Position numbers and translations under genes: made by a program | Assembly: GCA_050953065.1 (NCBI GenBank) | Contig: JBMNLZ010000001.1 | Span: 256,001 to 320,000, forward strand | Direction of reading: 5' to 3' | DNA from: Bacilli bacterium | GTDB lineage: Bacteria > Bacillota_I > Bacilli_A > ML615J-28 > CAG-698 | DNA length: 64,000 bases | The notes under the pieces: generated by a model | Databases searched by the model: none | Told to the model about the DNA's origin: nothing | Seen by the model: only the letters and a program-made list of their open reading frames with translations | Shown: positions 50,631 through 62,100 of the stretch, one piece after another | How the letters are laid out: the number at the start of each line of letters is the position of its first letter | Position numbering within the stretch: the stretch's first letter is position 1

Positions 50631-51856
50631 TTTTCTTCTAAATATTTTATTATACTTTTTTTATTATTTTTTAATTCATTACTAATAACTTTATCAAGAA
50701 GTTTTTCTTTTACTGTTTGAATCTCTCTTTTTTTATAACCTATTTCTTTTAAATCATTACCATCTATCTTAAGAGAATCCATTGAATAACATATTTTTTT
50801 TCTTTCAATCTTTTTTATAGTTTTTAAAATTTTATTTAAAAATATAACGTCTTCAAGTTTTTCGGAAAAATAATATTTAGATTTAATAATTTTATTTAAT
50901 ATATTATAGCCATATTTATTCAATAGTTTTTTTAATGTTATTTCATCATTATCAATCTTTATAAATATATTTTCCATTATTAATAAAATTTCATAAATAT
51001 TTTTTTTAGAAAAACAAAGTTCTTTTAATTTTTCCTCTACTCTATTTAAATCATTTTTTTGATAACCAAACATCAAATTTAAAAAGATTGCTATTCTAAT
51101 TATATAATCATCTGCTTCTTTTAACTTTTCTTTATTAACACTTTTTATATTTTCTAAAAAATCATCTACGTTTATATCTTGAATACCATTAAATATAAAT
51201 GCGAATATTTCAAAATATTCTTCTACAACTTTAGAATAATCACCAAATGTTAACATTTTAATCAATTCATCTCTAACTCTTTCTTTTGAAATGTTTTTAA
51301 CCAAATGGTAATTATTAAGAATTCCTTTTTTTGTTTCTTCTTCGATTTTAAAATCTAGGTTTACTGAAAATCTTAAAGCTCTCATAATTCTTAAAGCATC
51401 TTCTTCAAACCTTGAATTTGAATTACCTACAGTTTTAATATTTTTTTGATTGATATCATTTAGCCCATTAAAATAATCAATGAATTCTTTATTATAAGCT
51501 ATGGCATTCATTGTAAAATCTCTTCTACTTAAGTCTTCTTTTAAGTCTTTTAAAAACTCTACTTTATCTGGATGGCGATTATCTGAATAGTTATTTTCTA
51601 TTCTATAGGTAGTTACTTGGACTTCGTTTTTATTAATATAAATAGAGATTGTACCATGTTTTTCCCCATAATTAAACAATTTATATTTTTTAAATATTTC
51701 CTTAATCTCACTAGGTAAAGCAGAGGTTGTTAAATCATAGTCAATGGGTTTTTTACCCATTAAAAAATCCCTACAAGCGCCACCTACAATATATGCTTCA
51801 TGATTATTATTTTCAATTTTTTTAATTATTTTTTTTATATATCCTGGAACTTTCAT
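50612..51856 (-). CDS. cca: CCA tRNA nucleotidyltransferase
   Basis: VGGACRD, DYDLTT, DLSRRDFTMNAIA, RFEEDALRIMRALRF. Confidence 0.93.
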   Translation of the reverse strand: MKVPGYIKKIIKKIENNNHEAYIVGGACRDFLMGKKPIDYDLTTSALPSEIKEIFKKYKLFNYGEKHGTISIYINKNEVQVTTYRIENNYSDNRHPDKVEFLKDLKEDLSRRDFTMNAIAYNKEFIDYFNGLNDINQKNIKTVGNSNSRFEEDALRIMRALRFSVNLDFKIEEETKKGILNNYHLVKNISKERVRDELIKMLTFGDYSKVVEEYFEIFAFIFNGIQDINVDDFLENIKSVNKEKLKEADDYIIRIAIFLNLMFGYQKNDLNRVEEKLKELCFSKKNIYEILLIMENIFIKIDNDEITLKKLLNKYGYNILNKIIKSKYYFSEKLEDVIFLNKILKTIKKIERKKICYSMDSLKIDGNDLKEIGYKKREIQTVKEKLLDKVISNELKNNKKSIIKYLEENKNSIS

Positions 51857-51932
51857 TTTATACCTCTATTTAATTATATCATAACTTAATTAATAATTAA
51901 TATATATTTTAAAAGAGAAATTATTTTTTTTA

Positions 51933-51961
51933 TTGATTTATAAGGAAATATTTGTTATAAT
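51933..51961 (+). promoter_or_regulatory. tRNA promoter with extended -10
   Basis: TTGATT-17 nt-TATAAT with TGn. Confidence 0.75.
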
Positions 51962-51972
51962 GTTAATACATT

Positions 51973-52047
51973 GCAGGTATAGTATAAAGGCTATTATGCC
52001 GCCTTGCCATGGCGAAGATGCGAGTTCGATTCTCGTTACCTGCTCCA
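51973..52047 (+). tRNA. tRNA-Gly(GCC)
   Basis: Acceptor GCAGGTA/TACCTGC, anticodon loop TTGCCAT, T-loop TTCGATT, discriminator T and encoded CCA. Confidence 0.96.
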
Positions 52048-52083
52048 AAGCATATAAGTTTATCATTGATAACTTTTTTATTA

Positions 52084-52115
52084 AAAAATCTCTAAATGAA
52101 AATTTAGAGATTTTT
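52084..52115. terminator. Bidirectional terminator between the tRNA and the first LRR gene
   Basis: aaaaatctctaaat-gaaa-atttagagattttt. Confidence 0.85.
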
Positions 52116-52142
52116 ATTTTTTAAAATAATATTATATTTCTA

Positions 52143-53222
52143 TTATCCGGTATAGCCCCAAACAACTGGTCTATTATCAGGATTCCAATTGCTATCCCAG
52201 CCACTTGGTTGACTAGTAGCTTTTGCATTTATACTTAAATTAGCACAATCCCAAAAAACATAATTTCCCATAGTTTCTACCTGTTTTGGAATAATGATTG
52301 TTTCTAAACTACTACAATTAGTAAATGCGTACATTGCTATACTAGTAACAGTGTCTGGAATCACTACACTTGTTAGACTATTGCACCCCCTAAATAAAGC
52401 AAATTCTATATTTGTTATACCTTCTGGAAGCGTTATACTTTCTATACTACTACATCCATAAAAAGCGCTAGTTCCAATACTAGTAACTCCTGATGGAATT
52501 GTAATGCTAGTTAAATTAGCACAATTATAAAATAAAGAATTTCCTAAACTTTTAATATTATCTGAAAGTGTAACACTTTCTAATCTTTTACAAAGTTTAA
52601 AAACATTAGTTCCAAGTGTAGTAACACTATTAGGAAGTGTAACACTAGTTAAATTAACACAACCATCAAAGGCATAGTCTTCTATACTAGTAACAGTGTT
52701 TGGAATAGTAATACTAGATAAACTTTCACATTGATTAAACGCAAAACTTCTTATACTTGTAACCCCTTCTGGAATTTCAATACTAGTAAGACTAGCACAT
52801 CCAATAAATAATCCAATTTCAATAGTATCAATAGTATTAGGAAGTGTAACTGTTGTTAAACCCATGCAAGAATTAAAAACATATCTGCTTATTTTCCCTA
52901 CTCCATTTTCAATATTAACAGTTTTTAATTTAGCACAAAAATCAAAAGCATACTCACCTATACTCACAACACTTGAAGGAATTTTAATGCTTGTTAATTT
53001 AGATTCAGCAAACGCTCTTGCTGCTATACCTGTGACACTAATGTTCTCATAGCTTGAAGGGATTTTAATTCTTCCACTTTCACCAGTATAACCAACCACC
53101 TCATAAGTTTCATCTTCTTTTAATTTAAAAACAACACCTTCATAACCTTCTTCTTCTTCAAAACACGATGTCAACAATAGCAGTGCAAAAACTATTATTA
53201 AAATATTAAATATTTTTTTCAT
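52143..53222 (-). CDS. BspA-type leucine-rich repeat (LRR_5) lipoprotein
   Basis: Lipobox LTSC; about 11 repeats of C..LTSITIP.GVTSIG..AF; ends WNPDNRPVVWGYTG. Confidence 0.92.
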   Translation of the reverse strand: MKKIFNILIIVFALLLLTSCFEEEEGYEGVVFKLKEDETYEVVGYTGESGRIKIPSSYENISVTGIAARAFAESKLTSIKIPSSVVSIGEYAFDFCAKLKTVNIENGVGKISRYVFNSCMGLTTVTLPNTIDTIEIGLFIGCASLTSIEIPEGVTSIRSFAFNQCESLSSITIPNTVTSIEDYAFDGCVNLTSVTLPNSVTTLGTNVFKLCKRLESVTLSDNIKSLGNSLFYNCANLTSITIPSGVTSIGTSAFYGCSSIESITLPEGITNIEFALFRGCNSLTSVVIPDTVTSIAMYAFTNCSSLETIIIPKQVETMGNYVFWDCANLSINAKATSQPSGWDSNWNPDNRPVVWGYTG

Positions 53223-53313
53223 TTTCCTACACTCTCTTTCTCTTATCTAATCTTTCATAAAAAGATCTCTTTATAATATTATATAACAAAAAACAAAATC
53301 TAACAAGATAATT

Positions 53314-53357
53314 AGAAAAAGTCTCTAAATATTTATTATTTCAGAGACTTTTCTTTT
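53314..53357 (-). terminator. Terminator after the second LRR gene
   Basis: aaaagtctct...agagactttt, similar to the 52084 hairpin. Confidence 0.65.
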
Positions 53358-53399
53358 TTTATTTTACTTTATTAAGTTATAAAACTAAAACATTAATTA

Positions 53400-56300
53400 T
53401 TACCCAGTATATCCCCAAACTACCGGTCTATTATCAGGATTCCAATTAGCATTCCAAGTAGTTGGTCGATCTGTTGCTTCAGCATAAATTGTTAAATTTG
53501 TACAACCAGCAAAAACTCCACTAAACATGTTGGTAACATTTGCTGGAATTATAATGCTTGCTAAACCTGTACATCCAGAAAATGCATAATCACCTATAGT
53601 TGTAATATTTGTTGAAATTGTAATGCTTGTTAGAATTGTACAATTAGCAAAAGCACTTGAAGCTATAGTTGTAACAGGATATGTTTCTATTGTAGAAGGT
53701 ATTGTTACAGCACCGGAAACACCTGTATAACCAGTTATTACTACACTATAAGTAGAATCTATTAGAGAAACTCCATACTCTATTCCACTAGCAGTAACAT
53801 CATTACTTACATACCCCCAAACAATTGGTCTATTGTCTACATTCCAAAGACTCTCCCAGCCTGCTGGTTTACTTTCTGCTTTAGCATATATCGTTAAACT
53901 ACTACATCCGTAAAAAGCACGATAACCTATACTTGTAACACTTGTTGGAATTGTTATGCTTGCAAGTTTTGAACAGTTATAAAAGACATGCTGACCAATA
54001 CTTGTAACACTTGTAGGGATTGTGATACTTGTAAGATTTGCACATTCACTAAATGACGAACTGTTTATTGTTGTAACAGTTGAAGGAATTATAACGCTTG
54101 TTAGGCTATTACAAAATCTAAAGCAATCAAAGCCTATACTTAGTAATCCTTCTGTCATTATTACGCTTGATAAACTTGAACAAGATTCAAAAGCAGAACG
54201 ACCAATACTTGTGATGCTTGAAGGAATTGTGATACTTATTAAATTAGTACAATTAGCAAAAGCCCAATTACCTATCGTTTTAACAGAATAGTTTTCTATT
54301 ATACTTGGTATTTCCACTTCAGTAGAAACGCCTTCATAAGTAGTTATTATTACACTATATGTAGAATTAACTTTAGAAATTCCATATTCTAATCCACCAG
54401 CAGTAACTCCATGACTAATATATCCCCAGACAACTGCATTGTGTCCCGAATCCCAAGATTCATGCCAATTTGTTGGTTTTTCTTCTGCTACAACATAAAT
54501 AGGCATACCAGGACAATCCCAAAAAACAGAATGATCCATATGTGTTACACTATTTGGAATTATTACCCTTTCTAGTCTTGTACATCCTTTGAATGCACCA
54601 TAGTCGATTGTAGTAACAGTATTTGGAATTGTAACAGTTGTTATGAAATAACAACTTTCAAATGCAGTTTCACCTATGCTTAATAATCCTTCTGGAAGTG
54701 GCATGCTTGTTAAACCACTACAACCTGCAAATGCTCTTCTACCTATACTTGTAATACTTGGCATTGTAATACTTGTTAAACCACAGTTAAAGAAAGTGTA
54801 GTCTTCTATACTTGTAACTCCAGTTGGAATTGTGACACCTGTTAAACTACAACAATTATAAAAAGCATATGAACCTATACTAGTAACTGTATCAGGAATT
54901 GTTACTCCTGTTATATTACAATTTCTAAAAGCAGAATTAGTTATGCTTTTAACATTAAATCCAGCAATTGTTTCTGGTATTAAAACTGTAGTCGCCCCAC
55001 CTACATAACCATATATTGCTACACTGTAGTTAGAATTTATTAATATAATTCCATATTTTAAACCATTATTAGTAACTCCACTAGCAACATAACCAAAAAC
55101 AACTGGTCTATTATCTACATTCCAATTTATATGCCATCCTAATGTTTTAGCATTTGATCTAGCAAAAATTGTTAAACTACTACAACCTTTAAATGCATTT
55201 GCTCCTATTGTAACAACACTTGAAGGAATTGTAATGCTTGTTAAAGTGTCACAATCTTCAAAAGCAGATGCAGCTATACTAGTAATTGCTTTACCTAAAT
55301 ATTTTTCTGCAATATATACATCTAAAGATTCCCCAGCATAACCAGTAACCTCATATGTATCATCTTCTTTTAATGTGAAAGCTAGTCCTTCTGTTGAAGC
55401 ATTTTCTTCCCATTTAGCAAATAGTGTATAACTCGCTAAAACTCCCATTGTATAACTTGCTTCATCTAAATATTCTACACTTCCACCTTGAGTTGTACTC
55501 CAACCAATAAAGCTATAACCTGGTTTAACAAATGTATTTTCAGGAAGGTAGATAGAATCATCTGTTTTTACCAACACATTACTCATTTGACCTAAGCCGC
55601 TATTAGCATTAAATGATAAAGTATTTTGATTAGCTTCCCATTTAGCAAAAAGCGTATAATTTTCTAAAACTCCCATCGTATATTTTGCTTCATCAAGATA
55701 TTCTACATTACCATTTTCAGTTGTAGCCCAACCTATAAAAGTATAACCAGCTTTAGTAAATGTATTTTTTGGAAGATAGATATAATTATCTGTTTTAATT
55801 TGCACACTATTCATTTCACCTGTTCCAGTATTAGCATTAAACGATAATGTGTTTTGTTTAGCTTCCCATTTAGCAAAAAGCGTATAATTATCTAAAACAC
55901 TAATTGTATAATTAGCTTCATCAAGATATTCTACATTTCCAGTTTCAGTTGTAGCCCAACCTATAAATGTATAACCAGCTTTAGTAAATGTATTTTTTGG
56001 AAGTTTTATAGTTTGTTTTACATCTATTGTAATACCTCCCATTTCTCCTGTTCCACCATTTGAATCAAAAGAAATTACATATCCTTGCCTTCTACTAATT
56101 ACTGCTTTATATATAGCACTTTCACTACCCTTTGTAACTTTGATATATGCAGTATTATCCCCGACTGCAAGTTCTATTGATTTTGAAACAATTTTATTTG
56201 TTGCTTCTATATCACTGTATAATTCCCAAGTTGCTAAAGGATGAACTATAATATAATTAATAAATGAGAATGTTGTAGTAAAATGTGAGACTTCAAAAGA

Positions 56301-59033
56301 TAAATTTGTTCCATCAATTTCAAATTCTTTTGCAAAAAGTATATAGTCCCAAATAACTGGCCTTGTACTAGAATTCCAATCATTATTCCAAGTATCAGGT
56401 TTGCTTGCTACTTCACAATAAATTGTTAGCCTATCACAATAAGCAAAGGCAGCAGCATTTATATTAGTAACACTTGCAGGAATAATTATCCTTTTTAAAC
56501 TATCACATTGCCAAAAAGCCTGACTTCCTATACTTGTAAGAGTTGAAGGAAGTGTTATGCTTTCTAAGCTACGGCACCATGTAAAAGTAGAACTTTCAAT
56601 TCTTTCTATTCCTTCTGGAATTACAATACTTTTTAAGTAACAACTCATAAATGCAGCACTACCTATACTTGTTAATCCTTCTGGAAGTGTTATATTTGAT
56701 AAAAGAGTACAATCTCCAAAAGCATAGTCTCCTATACTTGTAACTGTATCTGGAATATTAATACTCCTTAATTTGTCGCATCCATAAAAAGCAAATTTAC
56801 CAATACTAGTAATTCCTTCTGGAAGTGTTACATTTGTTAGGCTAGAACGCCCATTAAACGCAGATGAAGCTAAAATTTTAACTGGGTAGCCTTCAATTTT
56901 ACTTGGTATCACCAGTTCAGCTTCTGTTCCTTGATAACCAGTTATTACCACGCTATATGTAGAATCTATTAGAGAAAGAGCGTACTCTATTCCATTAGGA
57001 GTTACATCATTACTAACATATCCAAAAACAACTGGACTACAATTTACCCCCCATTGCTTATATATATCCCATCCATCAGCCCAATCAGCAGGTTTACTTT
57101 CAGCCTTAGCATAAATTTTTAAACTTGTATAATTCTTAAAAGCTCCAACTCCAATATTTACAACTGTTTCTGGAATTATAATGCTTTTTAAATTAGTGCA
57201 TCCCACAAAAGTCTCAGCACCAATACTAGTAACATTTGCTGGTATTGTTATATTTGTTAGAGTTGTACAATCTTTAAAAGCTGAACTACCTAAATTTGTA
57301 ACAGGATAATCTTCAATTGTTTCTGGAATAACTACTTCGCTTAAATCACCAGTATACCCTGTTATTACTACACTGTATTTAGAATCTATTAAAGAAACCG
57401 CATATTCTATTCCATCAAGAGTTACACTATGACTTACATATCCCATAACAACTGGTATACTATCAAGAATTGTTGCACTACGCCATGATTCAGGTTTTTC
57501 TTCTGCTTCAGCATAAATTACAGCATTTGTACATCCATGAAAAGCTCCATAATACAATCTTGGAGTTCCTAAAATAAAAATACTTTTTAAATTGCTACAA
57601 CCAGTAAAAACATTCATACTAATGCTTGTTACACTCTTAGGAAATGTTAAACTTGTTAAACCTATACAGCCTTTAAAAGCATCTGATCCTATAGTTGTAA
57701 GACTTTCTGGAAACGTAATATTTGTTAATTGGCTACAACTTTCAAAAACCCAGCCACCTATAGTAACAAGATTTGGAGAAAATGTTATAGATGTTAAGTT
57801 TTCACAATTCTTAAAAGCACCATTACCTATACCTATAATACTAGATGAAAGTGTGATACTAGTTAAGATACTACAATTTTGAAAAGCCGTTATGCCAATA
57901 CTTCTTATTGGTTTTCCTTCATGTTTTCTACCAATATAAACATCATTTAATGTTCCTTCATAACCAATAACTTCATATGTATCATCTTCTTTTAAAGCAA
58001 ATATTAGTCCTTCTGTTGAAGGTTTAGTCCACTGTGCATATAAAGTGTAGCTTCCTTCTGTTCCCATAGTATAGTTTGCTTCATCTAAGTATTCATCAAT
58101 ACCTTCAGCACTTGTACTCCAACAATCAAACGTGAACCCTTCTTTTGTAAAAGTATTGGCTGGAAGAGTTATAGTTTCATCAGTTTTCACTAAAATACTA
58201 TACGCATCACCTAATCCACCATTTGGATCAAAAAATAATGTATTTTCATTTGCTTGCCAGATTGCTTTAATAACTATATTACCTCTAACATCAATAGGGA
58301 AAACAATTTCTACACCTCTAGAATCTTTCCACCCTTTAAACTCATATCCTTCTTTAATTGGTTCTTCTGCTGGAAGATTAAATTGTTCTCCTTCTTCTAC
58401 ATATTGAGATTCCATTACCTCTCCACCATCTGTATCAAAAGAAATCTCATACATTGCTAATCTTGTAATCAAAACCCAATACCTTCGACTTTGATCATCC
58501 TTTGAAACTTCAATATGGAATTGATTCATTCCAACTGCAAGATCAACTGTTTTTGAAGCAATCGCTTCATTTCCAAAATCAGAATACAAAGCCCAAGTTA
58601 TAGAAGGCTTAACAGTAATCTTATCAACTAATGAAAATGTTTCAGTTGAATTTGGAACTGTAATAGACAAATCCATCTCATTGATTTCAAATCCTGCAGC
58701 ACTTACAATTTTTAAATCTTCATAAGTTACATTTGATTTCCATTTTGCATAAACCGTAATATCACTATTAATAGGTTCTCCTAAAAGTGAATTTTCACTA
58801 AAACTTTTACGGAAAGTATTGTTATCTTTATACCACCCATCAAACTGATATCCTTCTTTTTCTGGATCATCAGGCAAATTAATACTTTCATTTCCATTTG
58901 TTTTTATAGATGAAACCTCACTTCCACCATTACTATCAAAATGAATTGTATACTTTGCATCTTGACCACATGCTACTAATAAAAAACTTATTAGTATAAA
59001 TAATACAAACAAAATTCTTTTAATTTTAATCAT
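53400..59033 (-). CDS. Large lipoprotein with BspA LRR_5 modules, InlB-B (Listeria/Bacteroides) repeats and cadherin-like beta-sandwich domains
   Basis: Lipobox LVAC; six FDxNGG..P.K.GY.F.GW..LYAKW-type repeats; seven LRR modules; start at ATG 59033. Confidence 0.9.
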   Translation of the reverse strand: MIKIKRILFVLFILISFLLVACGQDAKYTIHFDSNGGSEVSSIKTNGNESINLPDDPEKEGYQFDGWYKDNNTFRKSFSENSLLGEPINSDITVYAKWKSNVTYEDLKIVSAAGFEINEMDLSITVPNSTETFSLVDKITVKPSITWALYSDFGNEAIASKTVDLAVGMNQFHIEVSKDDQSRRYWVLITRLAMYEISFDTDGGEVMESQYVEEGEQFNLPAEEPIKEGYEFKGWKDSRGVEIVFPIDVRGNIVIKAIWQANENTLFFDPNGGLGDAYSILVKTDETITLPANTFTKEGFTFDCWSTSAEGIDEYLDEANYTMGTEGSYTLYAQWTKPSTEGLIFALKEDDTYEVIGYEGTLNDVYIGRKHEGKPIRSIGITAFQNCSILTSITLSSSIIGIGNGAFKNCENLTSITFSPNLVTIGGWVFESCSQLTNITFPESLTTIGSDAFKGCIGLTSLTFPKSVTSISMNVFTGCSNLKSIFILGTPRLYYGAFHGCTNAVIYAEAEEKPESWRSATILDSIPVVMGYVSHSVTLDGIEYAVSLIDSKYSVVITGYTGDLSEVVIPETIEDYPVTNLGSSAFKDCTTLTNITIPANVTSIGAETFVGCTNLKSIIIPETVVNIGVGAFKNYTSLKIYAKAESKPADWADGWDIYKQWGVNCSPVVFGYVSNDVTPNGIEYALSLIDSTYSVVITGYQGTEAELVIPSKIEGYPVKILASSAFNGRSSLTNVTLPEGITSIGKFAFYGCDKLRSINIPDTVTSIGDYAFGDCTLLSNITLPEGLTSIGSAAFMSCYLKSIVIPEGIERIESSTFTWCRSLESITLPSTLTSIGSQAFWQCDSLKRIIIPASVTNINAAAFAYCDRLTIYCEVASKPDTWNNDWNSSTRPVIWDYILFAKEFEIDGTNLSFEVSHFTTTFSFINYIIVHPLATWELYSDIEATNKIVSKSIELAVGDNTAYIKVTKGSESAIYKAVISRRQGYVISFDSNGGTGEMGGITIDVKQTIKLPKNTFTKAGYTFIGWATTETGNVEYLDEANYTISVLDNYTLFAKWEAKQNTLSFNANTGTGEMNSVQIKTDNYIYLPKNTFTKAGYTFIGWATTENGNVEYLDEAKYTMGVLENYTLFAKWEANQNTLSFNANSGLGQMSNVLVKTDDSIYLPENTFVKPGYSFIGWSTTQGGSVEYLDEASYTMGVLASYTLFAKWEENASTEGLAFTLKEDDTYEVTGYAGESLDVYIAEKYLGKAITSIAASAFEDCDTLTSITIPSSVVTIGANAFKGCSSLTIFARSNAKTLGWHINWNVDNRPVVFGYVASGVTNNGLKYGIILINSNYSVAIYGYVGGATTVLIPETIAGFNVKSITNSAFRNCNITGVTIPDTVTSIGSYAFYNCCSLTGVTIPTGVTSIEDYTFFNCGLTSITMPSITSIGRRAFAGCSGLTSMPLPEGLLSIGETAFESCYFITTVTIPNTVTTIDYGAFKGCTRLERVIIPNSVTHMDHSVFWDCPGMPIYVVAEEKPTNWHESWDSGHNAVVWGYISHGVTAGGLEYGISKVNSTYSVIITTYEGVSTEVEIPSIIENYSVKTIGNWAFANCTNLISITIPSSITSIGRSAFESCSSLSSVIMTEGLLSIGFDCFRFCNSLTSVIIPSTVTTINSSSFSECANLTSITIPTSVTSIGQHVFYNCSKLASITIPTSVTSIGYRAFYGCSSLTIYAKAESKPAGWESLWNVDNRPIVWGYVSNDVTASGIEYGVSLIDSTYSVVITGYTGVSGAVTIPSTIETYPVTTIASSAFANCTILTSITISTNITTIGDYAFSGCTGLASIIIPANVTNMFSGVFAGCTNLTIYAEATDRPTTWNANWNPDNRPVVWGYTG
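55405..56090 (-). repeat. Three tandem ~228-bp InlB-B repeat units
   Basis: gcttcccatttagcaaaaagcgtataatt at 55633 and 55861; related copy near 55405. Confidence 0.88.
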
Positions 59034-59092
59034 ATTTATCCCTCTCAATCTATATTATTATTATACAACAAAAATAGTTAATACACAACAAG

Positions 59093-59122
59093 AAAAAGGA
59101 AGTAGATTGTCTAACTTCCTTT
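59093..59122 (-). terminator. Terminator after the third LRR gene
   Basis: aaaggaagtaga...tctaacttccttt imperfect hairpin. Confidence 0.55.
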
Positions 59123-59182
59123 AACCTTTTTTTCTAAAAAATACTATTTTATTGTGTTAATATTTTTAGTAAATATATTATA

Positions 59183-62100
59183 TTATCCTGTATAACCCCA
59201 AACAACTGGTCTGTTATCTGGATTCCAACCATCAACCCAACCTTCTGGTTTGCTTTCTGCTATAGCATTAATTGTTAGGCTACTACAACCTTTAAATGCA
59301 TAATAGCCAATATTTGTAACGCTTGAAGGAATTGTGATACTTGTTAAAGCAGAACAGTTTCTAAAAGCATATGCAGCTATAGTTGTAACTGTATAGCCCC
59401 CAATTGTTCCAGGGATTTCTACATCCGTTAAGCTTCCTTCAAACCCTATTATTATTACACTATAGTTAGAATCTATACAAGTAGTTACATATTTAATTCC
59501 ATCAGGAGTAACACCATTATTTACACATCCCCAAACAACTGGTCTAGAGCTTGGATTCCAACCATCAGCCCAACCTGCTGGTTTACTTTCAGCCTCAGCA
59601 TAAATTGTTAGACTATTACATTTATAAAAAGCACGATTATTTATACTTGAAACACTTGATGGAATATAGATGTTTGTTAGGCTTGTACATCCTGAAAAGG
59701 CTTCATAACCTATATATGTAATATTTGTTGGAATTATGACATTTCCTAAATTAGTACAGTTAAGAAACATAAATTCATTTAAATCTGTAATACCTGTTGG
59801 AAGTATGATACTTTCTAAACTAGAACAATTAGCAAAAGCAAATGATCCAATACTTGTAATTCCTGTTGAAAGTGTAATGCTTGTTAAATCATAACAATGA
59901 GTAAAAGCATTTACGCCAACACTAGTAACACTATTTGGAAGTGTGATACTTGTTAAACTTTGACAATGAGCAAAAGCACATACACCAATACTTGTAATTC
60001 CCGTTGGAAGTGTGATACTTGTTAATTCCAAGCAGTTATAAAAAGCTCCATATTTTAACTCTGTTGTATTTGTTATTATTACAGTTTTAAGTGATGTTGG
60101 AATATAATATGTACTAGATGAACTAGATGAATAATATTGTCTTGTACTACTTCCACCTGTGTATGAAGTAGTTCCAAAGATATATCCAAATAAAGCATTG
60201 CCTTCTATTGCTTCTCTACTTGCTCCAACAAATGGTAATGAAATTGATGTTAAACTACTACAGCCAGAAAAAGCATGTGATTCTATACTTGTAACACTAT
60301 TTGGAACTGTGATACTTGTTAAAGCAGAACAGTTTCTAAAAGCATATGCAGCTATAGTTGTAACTGTATAACCCCCAATTGTTCCAGGGATTTCTACATC
60401 CGTTAAGCTTCCTTCAAACCCTATTATTATTACACTATAGTTAGAATCTATACAAGTAGTTACATATTTAATTCCATCAGGAGTAACACCATTATTTACA
60501 CATCCCCAAACAACTGGTCTGTTATTTGGATTCCAATATTTTTCATATTCATCTTCAAACCATCCTTCAGGCTTGCTTTCAGCCTCAGCATATATTGTTA
60601 AAATACTACATCCCTGAAAAACATAAAAATATATACTTGTAACACTTGATGGAATATAGATGCTTGTTAGGTTTGTACATCCTGAAAAAGCTTCATAACC
60701 TATATGTGTAATATTTGTTGGAATTATGACATTTCCTAAACTATGACAGCCAGCAAAAGTATAGTCATTTAAATTTGTAATACCTGTTGGAAGTATGATA
60801 CTTGTTAAACAATAACAATCATAAAAAGCACTTGCGCCAATACTTGTAATACCTGTTGGAAGTGTGATACTTGTTAAATTAGAACAATAAGCAAAAGCAT
60901 TTGTACCAATACTTGTAACACTATTTGGAAGTGTGATACTTGTAAGTTGTGTACATCTTGAAAAAGCATCATTGCCTATACTTGTAATACCTGTTTGAAG
61001 TGTGATGCTTGTTAAGCCACTACAGCAATGAAAAACATAATTGCCTATACTTGTAACGCTTGATGGAATTGAAATAGTGGAAATTTGTGTACATCCTGAA
61101 AAAGCATGATCACCTATAGATAAAAGACTTGTTGGAAGAGTAATACTTGTTAGTTGTGTTTTTCCTGAAAAGGCTGAAAAAGCTATAGTTGTAACAGGAT
61201 GACCTTCAATTGTTTCTGGTATTACAACTTCATTTTCAATTCCTTGATAACCTGTTATTATCACACTATAATTAGAATCTATTAACGTAATTGCATATTC
61301 TAATCCACTAGCAGTAACACTATTACTTACATAGCCCCAAACAACTGGTCTACTACTTGAGTTCCAATTATCATGCCAACCTTCTGGTTTGCTTTCTGCT
61401 GCTGCATATATTGTTAAACTACTGCAACCTGAAAAAGCATGCTCACCTATATATGTAACGCCTATCGGAATTGAAATACTTGTTAAACTATTACAGTTAG
61501 AAAAAGTACATTCACCTATATTTGTCATACCTGATGGAAGTGTGATGCTTGTTAAATTCGTAAGGTCAGCAAAAACAGCATAAGTAGTTGTTGTAACAGG
61601 ATAACTTTCTATTGTTTCTGGTATTATTATTTCATTTGCAGTTCCTGTATACCTTGCAATTGTTATACCATAAGTAGAACCTATCAGTGAAACTCCATAT
61701 TCATAATCTCCAAAAACACCATGACTTACATGGCCCCAAACAACTGGTCTGTTATTTGGATTCCAATCACCATATACCCAGTCAATTGCCCAACCTTCTG
61801 GTTTACTTTCTGCTTCAGCATAAATTATTAAATTATTACAATTTTGAAAAACGCGATTTCCTATATTTGTAACACTTATTGGAATTACTATGCTTGGAAG
61901 TTGTGTACAACCAGTAAAAGAATATTTTTCTAAATGTGTAACAGTATTTGGAATTGTAACACTTGTTAAATTAGTACAACCCATAAAAACATTTTGTCCT
62001 ATGCTTGTAACACCCGATGGAATTGTAACACTTGTTAAAGTTGTGTTTTGACAAAAAGTATTCAATTCTATTTTTTTAATAGGATATGTTTCTATTGTTT

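Noticed and set aside
51933-52124. 63-aa ORF in the track
   Set aside because: Overlaps tRNA-Gly and its promoter; spurious
5089-61872. Many short antisense ORFs (e.g. 5089-5517, 9458-9790, 28162-28527, 29477-29863, 32491-32928, 57592-57882)
   Set aside because: Shadow frames opposite well-supported genes, with no recognisable motifs
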